From the NCBI GenBank assembly GCA_038231275.1, contig JBBRLQ010000001.1, positions 703,307-767,306 of the forward strand: a stretch of 64,000 bases of DNA, in the 5' to 3' direction. Shown here piece by piece: positions 36,226 through 46,157 of this stretch (its first letter is position 1; each line of letters begins with the position of its first letter). A program made the translations under genes and the position numbers. This DNA is from Polyangiales bacterium (GTDB taxonomy: Bacteria > Myxococcota_A > Polyangia > Polyangiales > Polyangiaceae). A model generated the notes under the pieces. It searched no databases. It worked only from the letters and a program-made list of their open reading frames with translations, and was not told the DNA's origin.

Positions 36226-37725
36226 TCACTCGCGCGAGTTCAAGAACTCCGGCCTTCCGGACGTCGCGCCCTTGGGCGGCGGAGCGCCGGGACGTCGCTT
36301 GCCGGCAGCCGGGCTGGAGGGCCCGCTCGTGGCCGCGGCGGTGGCGGTTTTCGCGCCCCCGTCCGTGACGGCGCTCGGCACAGGAGCCGCCATCGGAGTC
36401 GTCACGGTCGGCGCGAACGCGGTCTCGGCAGGCGCGGGATCGGCCATCACCGGCGTCGCGGCGATCGCAGGCGTCGCGATCCTGGGCCGGAGCAATCCGC
36501 GCATCGCGACGCCGGCGCCGCCGACGATGACGAGCGCGGTCGCGACGATGAGGAGCCCGCTGCGGCTTCGCTTCGGCGGCACCGAGTCGAGCGTCAGCTC
36601 GCGCCCGCGCAGGCTCGACGTCGGCGGGAACTCTCCGGTCCGCGTGAAGGCGACCTTGGCCGACGGCGGCGAGCTAGCCTCGTCGAGCGCCGGGCGCACG
36701 AGCATTCGGTTGCTCGACGGCGACGAGATCGCGACCGGCCGCATTTCCGGCGGCGTCTGCATGCTCCGCAGCTGCTGAGAGCGCGCGAGGGTCGAGCCGA
36801 TCGCCTCGGTGAGCTGTGACCATTTCCCGCTCCCGAACGGCGCGAGCGCCAGCGCGAAATCGGAGACGTCTGCCCAGCGATCCTCGGCCTTGCGCTCGAG
36901 GCACTTGAAGATCACGGCCTCGAGCTCGGGCGGAACGTCAGGGCGCTTCTCACGGATGGAAGTCGGATCCTTCTCGAGAATGGCGGCGAAGATTTCTCCC
37001 ACCCCCTCGGCGTCGAACGGCGTCACACCGGTCAGCATCTCGTAGAGGACGATGCCGAGCGCCCAGATGTCCGCGCGGAAGTCGACGGACTTGGCGTTGC
37101 GCAGCTGCTCCGGCGGCATGTACGCCGGCGAGCCGAGGACAGCCCGTCCGGTGAGCGCCTTCTCGCGCCCCGCCGACGCCGTCTGCTTCGAGATGCCGAA
37201 GTCGAGGATCTTGATCACGTTCGAACCGTCGGGACGGAGCGCGAGGAACAAGTTCGCCGGCTTCAGATCGCGATGGATGATCCCGACGGCGTGCGCCTGC
37301 GCGATCGCGGCGAGCGCTTGCAGGACGTAGTCGCACGCGTCGGCGACGGCGAGAGGCCCATTCAGCTTGAGGAGCTCCTCGAGGTCGCACCCTTCGAGGT
37401 ACTCCATGACGAGGAACGGCACATGGTTCTCGAGCGAGCCCGCGTCGAACACGCGCGCGACGTGCTCGCTCTGGAGGCGGGCGGCGGCCTGCGCCTCGCG
37501 AACGAACCGCTCGATGACGCCCTCGCCCTTTGCGGCATCCGCGAGGAGCACCTTCACGGCGACCAGCTGGTCGAGCGCCTCGTGACGGGCCGCAAAGACG
37601 ACGCCCATGCCGCCCTCACCGACCTGTTTTTCGATGCGGTACTTCCCGACGAGGAGGTCCCCGATCTTGGGGAGCGCCGCCGCCTGCTCAGTCGCTAGGT
37701 TGTCCCCCGCGGCTTCTTCCCGCAT
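36226..37725 (-). CDS. Ser/Thr protein kinase with TM and Thr/Ala/Pro-rich tail
   Basis: GEGGMG, VAVK, HRDLKPAN, DFG, GSPAYMPPEQ. Confidence 0.96.
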   Translation of the reverse strand: MREEAAGDNLATEQAAALPKIGDLLVGKYRIEKQVGEGGMGVVFAARHEALDQLVAVKVLLADAAKGEGVIERFVREAQAAARLQSEHVARVFDAGSLENHVPFLVMEYLEGCDLEELLKLNGPLAVADACDYVLQALAAIAQAHAVGIIHRDLKPANLFLALRPDGSNVIKILDFGISKQTASAGREKALTGRAVLGSPAYMPPEQLRNAKSVDFRADIWALGIVLYEMLTGVTPFDAEGVGEIFAAILEKDPTSIREKRPDVPPELEAVIFKCLERKAEDRWADVSDFALALAPFGSGKWSQLTEAIGSTLARSQQLRSMQTPPEMRPVAISSPSSNRMLVRPALDEASSPPSAKVAFTRTGEFPPTSSLRGRELTLDSVPPKRSRSGLLIVATALVIVGGAGVAMRGLLRPRIATPAIAATPVMADPAPAETAFAPTVTTPMAAPVPSAVTDGGAKTATAAATSGPSSPAAGKRRPGAPPPKGATSGRPEFLNSRE

Positions 37726-37754
37726 TCGTGCAGAACTAGTCTATCACATGGCCC

Positions 37755-38480
37755 ATGCCCTGGACCTACGCCATCCTTCGGGGAAATCGTGTGTTTGCGC
37801 GTGTAAGAGAGGATGGCACCTTTGACGCGAAAGAGGGCCGCGTCGAGGTTCGGTACAAGGCAAACGACGGAAAAGCTTACTTTGCGGCGGCCCCCAACCT
37901 GACGCGCGAAGCCGGCGCCGAGCTGCTGGACGATGCGACATGTGGGGGTGCGGACCCGGTCGCCAAAGAGTCCGGATCCAAGGATGCCTCCGCCGCCTCT
38001 GGCAAGGCAGGCACGAAGAGCAAGACGAAGGCGCCGATGACGCCGGCCGCCGCGCGCGCAGGCGAATGGATCGCGTACACGGACGGCGCGTGCTCGGGCA
38101 ACCCCGGACCGGCGGGGCTCGGCGTCGTCGTGATCTCGCCCGACGGAAAGATGCGCGAGGGGTACGAGTACCTCGGCACCGGGACGAACAACATCGCCGA
38201 GCTCACCGCGGTCCTTCGCGCCGTCGAGCAGACGCCGGCGGAGGCGCCCGGCATCTTGATCCACACCGACAGCCAGTACGCGATCGGCGTGCTCACGAAG
38301 GGATGGAAGGCGAAGGCGAACCAGGAGCTGATCGCGAAGATCAAGCTCGCGCTGAAAGAGCGCGCCGGCATCCGCCTCTCCTACGTACCGGGACACGCTG
38401 GCGTCCCGATGAACGAGCGCGCCGACGCCCTCGCGCGCGAGGCCATCAAGACGGGCAAAACCGTCGCGATTCACTCTTGA
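37755..38480 (+). CDS. rnhA: Ribonuclease HI with N-terminal extension
   Basis: YTDGACSGNPG, TNNIAEL, TDSQY, GHAG..NERADALA. Confidence 0.93.
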   Translation: MPWTYAILRGNRVFARVREDGTFDAKEGRVEVRYKANDGKAYFAAAPNLTREAGAELLDDATCGGADPVAKESGSKDASAASGKAGTKSKTKAPMTPAAARAGEWIAYTDGACSGNPGPAGLGVVVISPDGKMREGYEYLGTGTNNIAELTAVLRAVEQTPAEAPGILIHTDSQYAIGVLTKGWKAKANQELIAKIKLALKERAGIRLSYVPGHAGVPMNERADALAREAIKTGKTVAIHS

Positions 38481-38501
38481 AGTGCTAATCTCGCGCGTCG
38501 C

Positions 38502-39335
38502 ATGGCGAGCATTTTCAAGCCAGGATTGTTCGAAGGGCACACCGCCCTCATCACCGGCGGCGGAAGCGGCATCGGCCTCGCGACGGCGTTCACGATGGGC
38601 GAGCTCGGCGCGAAGGTCGCGATCTGCGGACGCAAGCAGGAGCGCCTCGACGACGCCGTGAAGGCGCTCGCCGATCGCAAGATCGCTGCGTTCGCGACGA
38701 CGTGCGACATCCGCGAGCCCGAGCAGATCGCCGCGATGGTCGACGCGGTCGTCGCGAAGCTCGGGCCCATCTCGGTCCTCGTCAACAACGCGGGCGGTCA
38801 GTTCCCGACGACCGCCGAGCAAGTCTCGACGCGCGGGTGGGAAGCGGTCATCCGCAACAACCTGAACGGGACGTTCTTCGTCACGCAGGCGGTCGGCACG
38901 AAATGCATGATCCCGCAGAAACGCGGGCGGATCGTGAACGTCATCGCCAACATCGCACGCGGCTTTCCCGGCATGGTGCACACCGGCGCCGCGCGCGCGG
39001 GCGTCGACAACCTCACCAAGACACTCGCCGTCGAGTGGGCGCAGTTCAACGTGCAGGTGAACGCGATCGCGCCGGGCATCATCAAGTCGACCGGCACCGA
39101 GCAGTACCCGCCGCACCTCGTCGAGATGAGCCGCCAGCGCACGCCGATGAAGCGCCTCGGCACGCCGGCCGAGTGCGCCGAGCTCATCGCGTACATGGCG
39201 AGCGACGCGGCGTACTTCGTCACCGGCGAGACCTGGTACATCGACGGTGGCGCGCACCTCTGGGGCGACACATGGACGATGCCGGACGACGCGCTCGCCG
39301 TGCCGCCCATCATCGCGAAGCTCGCGGAGAGGTAG
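38502..39335 (+). CDS. SDR oxidoreductase (2,4-dienoyl-CoA / trans-2-enoyl-CoA reductase-like)
   Basis: TGGGSGIG, NNAGGQF, HTGAARAG, VNAIAPG. Confidence 0.9.
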   Translation: MASIFKPGLFEGHTALITGGGSGIGLATAFTMGELGAKVAICGRKQERLDDAVKALADRKIAAFATTCDIREPEQIAAMVDAVVAKLGPISVLVNNAGGQFPTTAEQVSTRGWEAVIRNNLNGTFFVTQAVGTKCMIPQKRGRIVNVIANIARGFPGMVHTGAARAGVDNLTKTLAVEWAQFNVQVNAIAPGIIKSTGTEQYPPHLVEMSRQRTPMKRLGTPAECAELIAYMASDAAYFVTGETWYIDGGAHLWGDTWTMPDDALAVPPIIAKLAER

Positions 39336-39338
39336 GCC

Positions 39339-41333
39339 TTGGATCCGGCCTCGCCGACGAGCGCGCACGAGGGCGGCGCGATGCCTGGGGCAACGAGCCC
39401 GACGGACGCCGTCGTGCCCGACCTGGGCTACGACGAGCGGCTGCTCGCGCGCCCCTCCATCTTCGGCCAGCTGCGCGGGTGGCTTCGGGATTACTTCGTC
39501 GGTGAGGAGCCGACGTTCGGCATCGCGCTCGTGCCGATGTGCTTCTTGTCGATGATCCTCTTCACGCGGCACCCGCTGAAGACGAACTTCATCTTCGACG
39601 AGCAAGAGGCGCTCCTCGCCAACCCTTTCGTGCGCAGCGTCGCCGATCCGACGAGCAAGCTGCGCTGGATCGATGCATTTTACAGGGATTTTTGGGGCCT
39701 CACTGCCGAACGCAGCATTGGCTCGTACCGCCCGATTCCTGATCTCGTGTGGCGCGCGCTGTGGGCGATCGGCGCGCGCGAGTCGCCGTTCCTTCATCAC
39801 TGGGTCAACGTCCTCCTCCACGGCGTGAACGGCGCGCTCGTGGTCGTGCTCGTCGTGAAGCTCACGCAGAACCGTCGCGCGTCGTGGCTGTGCGGGACGC
39901 TCTTCGTCGCGAGCGCGATCGTGACCGAGGCGGTGAGCGGCGTCGTCGGGATCGCAGACGTCCTCGGCGGCCTCGGCGCTCTCCTCGCGCTGCTCGCCTT
40001 GCGCCTTCCGCTGTGGGGGATGCCCGTCGCGGTCTTCGCGGCGACGCTCTTCGGTTTGTATTCGAAGGAGAGCGCGCTCTGCTGCGTTCCGCTCGTCCCG
40101 ATGGCCGCGCTCTTGGCCGCGCCGAGCCTTCACCCCGAGCGGCCGCTCCGATGGCTCCGCGCGACGGTGGCCCTCGTGGCGACGTCGGCGGCGTTCGTCT
40201 TCTACGTCGAGGCGCGTCGACGCTGCTTCCCCGCGCCGCTCGCCGCCGAGCTCAGCATCCAAGCGAACGCCAACAAGCCCCTCATGGCGCGCACGTTCGC
40301 GGCGATGCTGCGCTGGTACGCGCAGCCGTCGTTGCCGAAGGACCCGCTCAACAACCCGCTGATCGACGCGACGCCGATGCTCCGCGTCGCTGGAGGCCTT
40401 CGCGTGTACGCGCGCGGCCTCGCCCAGGTCGTCTTCCCGTGGACGCTCTCGGGCGACTACTCGTCGCCGCAGGAGCCGATCCCGTCGCGCGTGTGGTTCC
40501 CGGAGAGCGTCCTCGGGCTCGCCGCGATGATCGTCCCTCCCATCGCCGCCGCCGTGCTCGGCGTGCGCGCGTGGCTGCGTGCCTACCGATTTCCCTACCC
40601 GCGCGTCGACGCGTCGCTCCTCGTCGCGATAGGCCTCGTGTGGGTGTGCGTCTCGTACTTTCCCGTGTCGAACATCCCGGTGGTGCTGCCGACGGTGCGC
40701 GCCGAGCGCTTCTGGTACTTCCCGGTCATCGGCACCTGCGTGTTCCTAGGCCTCGCGTTCGACAAGCTCATCACGCGCGCGCGCGGCGTCGGCATCGCGC
40801 TATTTCTCGCGTACCTCGCGCTGCAAGGCGTGAGCGCGCGACGGCACGCCAACGACTACACCGACGATCTCGTCTTCTGGGACGCGACGCGCAAGGCCGT
40901 CCCGAACAGCGCGAAGGCGCACCTCAACTACTCGGTCATGCAGGGCGCGCGCGGTCACCTCGACATCCGCCTCGCGTCGAACGAGCGCGCGCTCCAGCTC
41001 GCGCCGGAGTGGCCGATGGCGAGCGTCTACCTCGGCGACACGCTCTGCCGCCTCGGGCGGACGAGCGAGGCGTGGCCGCACTACGCGAAGGGCTTCGGCC
41101 TCGCGCCGAACGACATCAACCTCATCGCTCTCGGCGTGCAGTGCTTGTGGGATCAGCAGGGCCTCGTCGAAGGCTCGCCGCTGCGGGATACCCTGAAAAA
41201 CGCGGGCGAGGCGCACCCCGGGTCGTGGCTCGAGTACATCGCCCACGACACGCTCGACAACGGCGAGGAGCACAAGGGCGTCGATCCGAAGTACCGTCCA
41301 CGCGGGTACAACGAGGGGCCGAAGCAGGAGTAA
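39339..41333 (+). CDS. TMTC-like GT-C membrane glycosyltransferase with C-terminal TPRs
   Basis: FIFDEQEALLANP, DFWG, SYRP, HHWVNVLLH, EAVSGVVG.AD, SKE, PWTLSGDYS, AERFWYFP, AKAHLN. Confidence 0.85.
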   Translation: MDPASPTSAHEGGAMPGATSPTDAVVPDLGYDERLLARPSIFGQLRGWLRDYFVGEEPTFGIALVPMCFLSMILFTRHPLKTNFIFDEQEALLANPFVRSVADPTSKLRWIDAFYRDFWGLTAERSIGSYRPIPDLVWRALWAIGARESPFLHHWVNVLLHGVNGALVVVLVVKLTQNRRASWLCGTLFVASAIVTEAVSGVVGIADVLGGLGALLALLALRLPLWGMPVAVFAATLFGLYSKESALCCVPLVPMAALLAAPSLHPERPLRWLRATVALVATSAAFVFYVEARRRCFPAPLAAELSIQANANKPLMARTFAAMLRWYAQPSLPKDPLNNPLIDATPMLRVAGGLRVYARGLAQVVFPWTLSGDYSSPQEPIPSRVWFPESVLGLAAMIVPPIAAAVLGVRAWLRAYRFPYPRVDASLLVAIGLVWVCVSYFPVSNIPVVLPTVRAERFWYFPVIGTCVFLGLAFDKLITRARGVGIALFLAYLALQGVSARRHANDYTDDLVFWDATRKAVPNSAKAHLNYSVMQGARGHLDIRLASNERALQLAPEWPMASVYLGDTLCRLGRTSEAWPHYAKGFGLAPNDINLIALGVQCLWDQQGLVEGSPLRDTLKNAGEAHPGSWLEYIAHDTLDNGEEHKGVDPKYRPRGYNEGPKQE

Positions 41334-41339
41334 CGGCGC

Positions 41340-43295
41340 GTGCAATCTCCGTACACCTACGCTCCTTTGGACGCGATCATGGCCGCGCAGTCGGCCGTCG
41401 GCGCGACCTTGACCGCCGTGGCGCTCCATCGCCCGCGTCGCCCCGCGGTCGCGACGGCGGCGCTCATCGTGGCGATCTGGCTCGCGGTGCTCGTGCTGAT
41501 GCTCGGCGATTTCATTCGATCGTTCGGGATCACGCTCGAGACGACGTTCGACATCACGGTGCTCCATACGTCGTGCGTCCTCGCGGCGCTGTCGATGTTC
41601 ACCATTCGCCGGAAGATCTTCCTCCTCTACGTGGGCACGGGCGCGGCGGCCGTGTACCGCCTGACCGGGTACATCGAGCAGAGCCCGAGCGAGCTCGCTG
41701 CGCTTCACTTGCTCTTCTGCGGGGGTCTCCTCGGGCTCGAATGGGCCGCCGAAGACCGAGGTGCTTCCGGATCGCCCGACGTCGACGTCGTCGATCTCGG
41801 GAGCCGTCGCTTCGTCGTGCACGATCTGCTCCTCGCCGCGCTCGCGATAGCGATGGCCGCGCTCGTGAGCACGATCGTCCTCGAGCGCGCCGTCGATAGC
41901 GCGGACGAGTGGGGGTACACGTACCAAGCCGCCGTCATGGCGAAGGGGCATGCCTACGGCCGCGTGCCGCGGTGCGATCGCGCGTTCCAGAATTTCTGGG
42001 TGTTCTGGGCCGAGGGGCGCGAGTTCTCGCAGTACACGCCGGGCTGGCCGTATTTCATGGTGCCGTTCGTGTGGATTCGCGCGATTTGGCTGGCGGGGCC
42101 GTTCAGCTTCGGGCTCCTCGTGGCGGGCGTCGCGCGCGTGACGCGTCGTGCGTTCGCGGCAGGAGGTGCGCGCGGTGTCGGGGCGGCCGGCGTCTTTGGC
42201 GCGCTCTCGCTCATCGGAAGCTCCACGATGCTCATCAACGGCGGCTCTCGCTTCCCCCACATCTTCGTCGCCGCGATGCTCGCGTGGTCGATCGAGGCGG
42301 TGTGCGTCGTCACGGAGAAGGATCTCCTCGTCGAGCGGCAATGGCGCTGGGGGGTCATCCTCGGCTGCGCGACCGGCCTCGCCGTCTCCGCGCGTCCGCC
42401 CGACGGCGCGTTGCTCGGCCTCGGCCCGTTCCTCTTCCTCGCGTTCTCTCTCATCATCCGCCGTCGCGTCGGCTGGCGCGCGCTCGCCGGCGCCGCGCTC
42501 GGGTTTCTCTTCTGGACCGGCCTCACGACCGTGATCCTGCGTCTCCAGCTCGGCGTCTGGTTCAAGACGGGCTACGCGCTCACGACCGAGTTCCATCCAT
42601 GGAACATCTTCGGCTTCAGCATGCCCGGCCCGCACGAGCTTCGCTGGTCGTTCCCCCTCGGGACGGGCGCGTTTTGTTGGTGGCCGTGCGCGCCGGCGCT
42701 CGGTCTGCTCGGGCTCCTCGCCATCCCGGCGCGCGGCCGCCACATCGCCTTCATGCTCTTCGCGAGCTCGGGACCGCTCGTCCTCTTCTACATGGTCTCG
42801 GAGATCGGCCGGAACGTCGACTTCGGCTACGGCCCGCGTTACCAGCTCCACACGATCGTCCCGATGGCGATCGGCGGCGGGCTCCTCTTCGGGAAAATGT
42901 GGAAGGACGCGACCGCCCGCTTCTCGTCGCTCCGGCCGGTCGTCCGCGCCGGCCCGATCGCGGTCGCGATCGCCGCGGCCCTATGCGGCGTCGTCCGAAT
43001 CGCACCGCTCGTGTATCCGTTCAACCACCAGGACGTCGACAACCGGAACGTCATCTTCCGCGCGGCGAAGCGCGATCAGCTGCACCACGCGGTGGTGTTC
43101 ATCGCGCCTGGCGTGGGGATGGCGAGTCATTTGGACATGACGCAGAACATGCCGCTCGAGCTCTACCCGGCCGACGTGCTCTACGCGGTGGAGTACGGGC
43201 CGCAGGACGCGAAGTGCGTGCGTGCCAGCCACCCCGGATGGGATCTCTACCGCGCGCAGGGGCGGAGCGAGATCACGTTCGCGCGGGTGCCGTGA
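41340..43295 (+). CDS. GT-C (ArnT/PMT-like) multi-pass glycosyltransferase
   Basis: SADEWGYTYQA, FSQYTPGWP, ARPPD, YGPRY; more than 10 TMs. Confidence 0.75.
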   Translation: MQSPYTYAPLDAIMAAQSAVGATLTAVALHRPRRPAVATAALIVAIWLAVLVLMLGDFIRSFGITLETTFDITVLHTSCVLAALSMFTIRRKIFLLYVGTGAAAVYRLTGYIEQSPSELAALHLLFCGGLLGLEWAAEDRGASGSPDVDVVDLGSRRFVVHDLLLAALAIAMAALVSTIVLERAVDSADEWGYTYQAAVMAKGHAYGRVPRCDRAFQNFWVFWAEGREFSQYTPGWPYFMVPFVWIRAIWLAGPFSFGLLVAGVARVTRRAFAAGGARGVGAAGVFGALSLIGSSTMLINGGSRFPHIFVAAMLAWSIEAVCVVTEKDLLVERQWRWGVILGCATGLAVSARPPDGALLGLGPFLFLAFSLIIRRRVGWRALAGAALGFLFWTGLTTVILRLQLGVWFKTGYALTTEFHPWNIFGFSMPGPHELRWSFPLGTGAFCWWPCAPALGLLGLLAIPARGRHIAFMLFASSGPLVLFYMVSEIGRNVDFGYGPRYQLHTIVPMAIGGGLLFGKMWKDATARFSSLRPVVRAGPIAVAIAAALCGVVRIAPLVYPFNHQDVDNRNVIFRAAKRDQLHHAVVFIAPGVGMASHLDMTQNMPLELYPADVLYAVEYGPQDAKCVRASHPGWDLYRAQGRSEITFARVP

Positions 43296-45001
43296 CCGGG
43301 ATGACGGAGCGCGGAACGCCGTGGTATGTGCAGGCGACGATGGCTCCCTGGCGGCTCGTTCGTGAGCGCACCGCGGCTGTGAGATCTAGCCTCGCCGTCG
43401 TGGCGGCGCTCGTGTCGTCCACATTCCGGGCCGCGGGAGCGTCGCCGCCCGTGCGGCGCACGGTTTCGCTGTTGACGCTCGGCCTCACGCTCGGCCTATC
43501 GGCATACGTCTTCCTGCTCTTCAACGATCGGTTTTTGCACGGCGGCGTGGACTTCGACGAAAGCCACTTCGTTTGGGGCGGCTGGTGCATCACGAAAGGG
43601 CTCGTCCCCTACAAGGAGTTCCTCGAGTTCAAGCCGCCGTTCGTCTTCCTGACCCACGCGCTCGCGATCAAGCTCCATGGGTACGACGCCTTCGGCTACC
43701 GAAAGCTCTTCGCGTACCTGCCCCTCAGCTCCTTGCTCGCGCTGCAGCTCTCGATGATCTCACGGGGGATCGACAAGTGGCTCGCGCTCGGCGTCGTCCT
43801 CGCAATCATCCAGCTCTGGGTGAACCCCGTCTACCACGACGTATCGCTCGGCGACTCAGAGTCGATCGGCCTCACGTATTACTTCTTCGCCGTCGCGTGC
43901 CTCCTCGCGAAGACACGCATGCGCAACGTGATGACCGCCGTCGGTGGTGCGTTCATCGTCGCCTGCATCCAATCCAAAGAGCCCTTCTTGCCGTGCGCCG
44001 GCCTGACGTGGATCAGCTGCTTTCTGCTCGGCGAGCGCACGTCGACGTTTCGCAAGGACGCGCTCCGTTACCTGAAGTGGTGCGCGGTCGGTGGTGGCGC
44101 CGTCGTCGTTGCGCTCGTGATCTATATGGTTCCGACCGGATCCATGCGCGCCTATCTCGGGATGATGCGCGGCTATTTTCACTTCTACCGCGATCCGATG
44201 CAGTCCTACTGCGTCGTGCTCGGCCGCTTCCACCCGACGACGCCGCTCAACGATCTGCTCGTCCAGTTCAAGCAAGCGCGCCGCGAGTTCCTGAATAGGA
44301 CCATGCTGGGATTCCTGGTCCCGTTCGGCGCGATCTCGCTCGTCTTCATCGGTCGCACGTCGCGCGCGCTCCTGGCGCTCACGGTCGCGGGTTGCTTCTT
44401 CGCGCTCATGGCGGTGACGGCCAGCAACTGCCAGTGGCTGCACTACTACAACATGACGATGAGCGGCCTCTTCTTCTTCCTCGTGGTCGGGCTCGATGCG
44501 GTCACGCCGTCATTCAAGAAGCTCGAGCCCGCGATGCGCGTGTTCGTTCGCGTCGCGCTCCTGGCGAGCGTCCTCGTGCACATCTGGCCGCGCATCGAGG
44601 TCGAGCGTGAGGCGTACGGAACGCGGACGTACCCGAATGCCTACGCCGAGCCGATTCCCGGCATCCTGAGCTTCATCGAGGCGCACACCGGGCCCGCGGA
44701 TCGAATCTTCACCACCGGCCAGCCGGCGCTCTACGTCCAGTCGAACCGCATCAGCGCGATACGAGAGAGTGCGATCATCGACGAGGCGCTCGGATACTAC
44801 GAGGGCGACACGGACGAGAAGAAGCTCGCCGGGCTGCGCGCCGAGCTCGAAGAGCATCGACCGAAGGTCGTGATCCTCGATCCGGTCTACGGCAATCGCA
44901 AAGGCCGGACGAACCGTGCCCTCATGTTCCCGTTTCTCGAGGCGAACGGCTATCGCAAGGTGACCGAGTACGCGTGGCTGAGGCCGGACGTGACGCCGTG
45001 A
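43292..45001 (+). CDS. GT-C multi-pass glycosyltransferase
   Basis: DFDESHFVWGG..KGLVPYKEFLEFKPP, SKEP, WLHYY, periplasmic C-terminal domain; GTG start coupled to the upstream stop. Confidence 0.78.
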   Translation: MTGMTERGTPWYVQATMAPWRLVRERTAAVRSSLAVVAALVSSTFRAAGASPPVRRTVSLLTLGLTLGLSAYVFLLFNDRFLHGGVDFDESHFVWGGWCITKGLVPYKEFLEFKPPFVFLTHALAIKLHGYDAFGYRKLFAYLPLSSLLALQLSMISRGIDKWLALGVVLAIIQLWVNPVYHDVSLGDSESIGLTYYFFAVACLLAKTRMRNVMTAVGGAFIVACIQSKEPFLPCAGLTWISCFLLGERTSTFRKDALRYLKWCAVGGGAVVVALVIYMVPTGSMRAYLGMMRGYFHFYRDPMQSYCVVLGRFHPTTPLNDLLVQFKQARREFLNRTMLGFLVPFGAISLVFIGRTSRALLALTVAGCFFALMAVTASNCQWLHYYNMTMSGLFFFLVVGLDAVTPSFKKLEPAMRVFVRVALLASVLVHIWPRIEVEREAYGTRTYPNAYAEPIPGILSFIEAHTGPADRIFTTGQPALYVQSNRISAIRESAIIDEALGYYEGDTDEKKLAGLRAELEEHRPKVVILDPVYGNRKGRTNRALMFPFLEANGYRKVTEYAWLRPDVTP

Positions 45002-45014
45002 TGCGGGCGCATCG

Positions 45015-46139
45015 ATGAGCGAGGGCGGCGCGGCGCCTGCGAGCGTGAGGCTCGCGTCACTTGACGGACTTCGCGGCCTCGCGGCGCTGGGGGTGGCGTT
45101 TTTCCACTTTCAGCATTTCGGCGGGGACGCCAAGAGCTACCCCGGGGCCACCGTCGAGCCGGCGACCTGGCTCTACACGCGCGGCTGGATGCTCGTCGAC
45201 TTCTTCTTCCTCCTGAGCGGCGTCGTCTTCACTTACAAGTACCTGGAGCCGATCGCCGCGCGACGTCTGGGAGCTCGCGAGTTCTTCTTCCTGCGTCTTT
45301 CGCGCATCTATCCCCTTCACGTCGCGACGCTCCTCGTCTGCGCGATGATTCAGTGGCGACTCCTTCTGAAGGGCGAAGCGCCGCTCATCTACCCGCACGC
45401 GGATCTCTATCACTTCGTCCTGAATCTCTTCTTCTTCCAAAACGGAGCGTTCGAGGAGGGGTACTCGTACAACGGCGCGTCGTGGAGCATCGCCACGGAG
45501 GTCTACGCGTACGTCGTCTTCTTCGCGCTCGCGTCGCGTCTGCGCGGGCGGTATGTCGTCGGCGCGGTCGGCGCGGTGGCGGCGGCGCTGGCGGTGTACA
45601 AGGCGCGGCTCGCGCTGCCCTTCTTGAACGAGACGGTCGCGCGCGCGATCGTCGGGTTCTTCGTCGGATCGCTGCTTTTCTCGGGCGTTTCGCACGCCCA
45701 GCGCCTGGGACGCGCGCGCGCCGTCGGTCTCGCGGCGCTCGTCGCGCTCGCGTTCGTCGCGGCCATGGCGAGCGTCATCGGGTACGACGCATTCATCGGA
45801 GGGACGGGATACCGCACCGCCGTGCCCCACGTGCTCGGCGTCTTCCCGCTCGTGATCGCCGTCGCGCTCTCTGTCACGCCGGTCGCGCGAATCCTCGGAG
45901 CGAGGCCGCTGACGTACCTCGGCGAGATCTCGTACGCCGTGTACATGCTGCACGTCCCGCTCCAGATGATCGTCCTCAGCTTCGTGCGTGCGCGCAACAT
46001 CACGTTGCCAACCGGCCATCCGGCGATGCTCGCGATGTTCCTCGGCGCGCTGCTCCTGCTGTCCGCGCTGGTGCACCGAACGTTCGAGGTTCCCGCACGC
46101 TCCTGGCTTCGGCGGCGCCTCTTGCCGCCCGCCGCCTAG
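45015..46139 (+). CDS. Acyltransferase family 3 (OafA-like O-acyltransferase)
   Basis: LDGLRGLAA, VDFFFLLSG, RLSRIYP, WSIATE, LGEISYAVYMLH. Confidence 0.92.
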   Translation: MSEGGAAPASVRLASLDGLRGLAALGVAFFHFQHFGGDAKSYPGATVEPATWLYTRGWMLVDFFFLLSGVVFTYKYLEPIAARRLGAREFFFLRLSRIYPLHVATLLVCAMIQWRLLLKGEAPLIYPHADLYHFVLNLFFFQNGAFEEGYSYNGASWSIATEVYAYVVFFALASRLRGRYVVGAVGAVAAALAVYKARLALPFLNETVARAIVGFFVGSLLFSGVSHAQRLGRARAVGLAALVALAFVAAMASVIGYDAFIGGTGYRTAVPHVLGVFPLVIAVALSVTPVARILGARPLTYLGEISYAVYMLHVPLQMIVLSFVRARNITLPTGHPAMLAMFLGALLLLSALVHRTFEVPARSWLRRRLLPPAA

Positions 46140-46157
46140 GCTACCAAGCCCCTTCGC

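Noticed and set aside
37695-40262. 855-aa minus-strand ORF (and similar long ORFs at 4113..6290, 11314..13575, 14031..16205, 40800..42851)
   Set aside because: High-GC shadow frames overlapping genes with clear motifs; Arg/Ala-rich with no domain signal
41909-43291. 1030-aa ORF as a single protein (likewise 32286..35207 and 16418..19159)
   Set aside because: Upstream parts are alternate frames of neighbouring genes; real starts are the coupled GTGs
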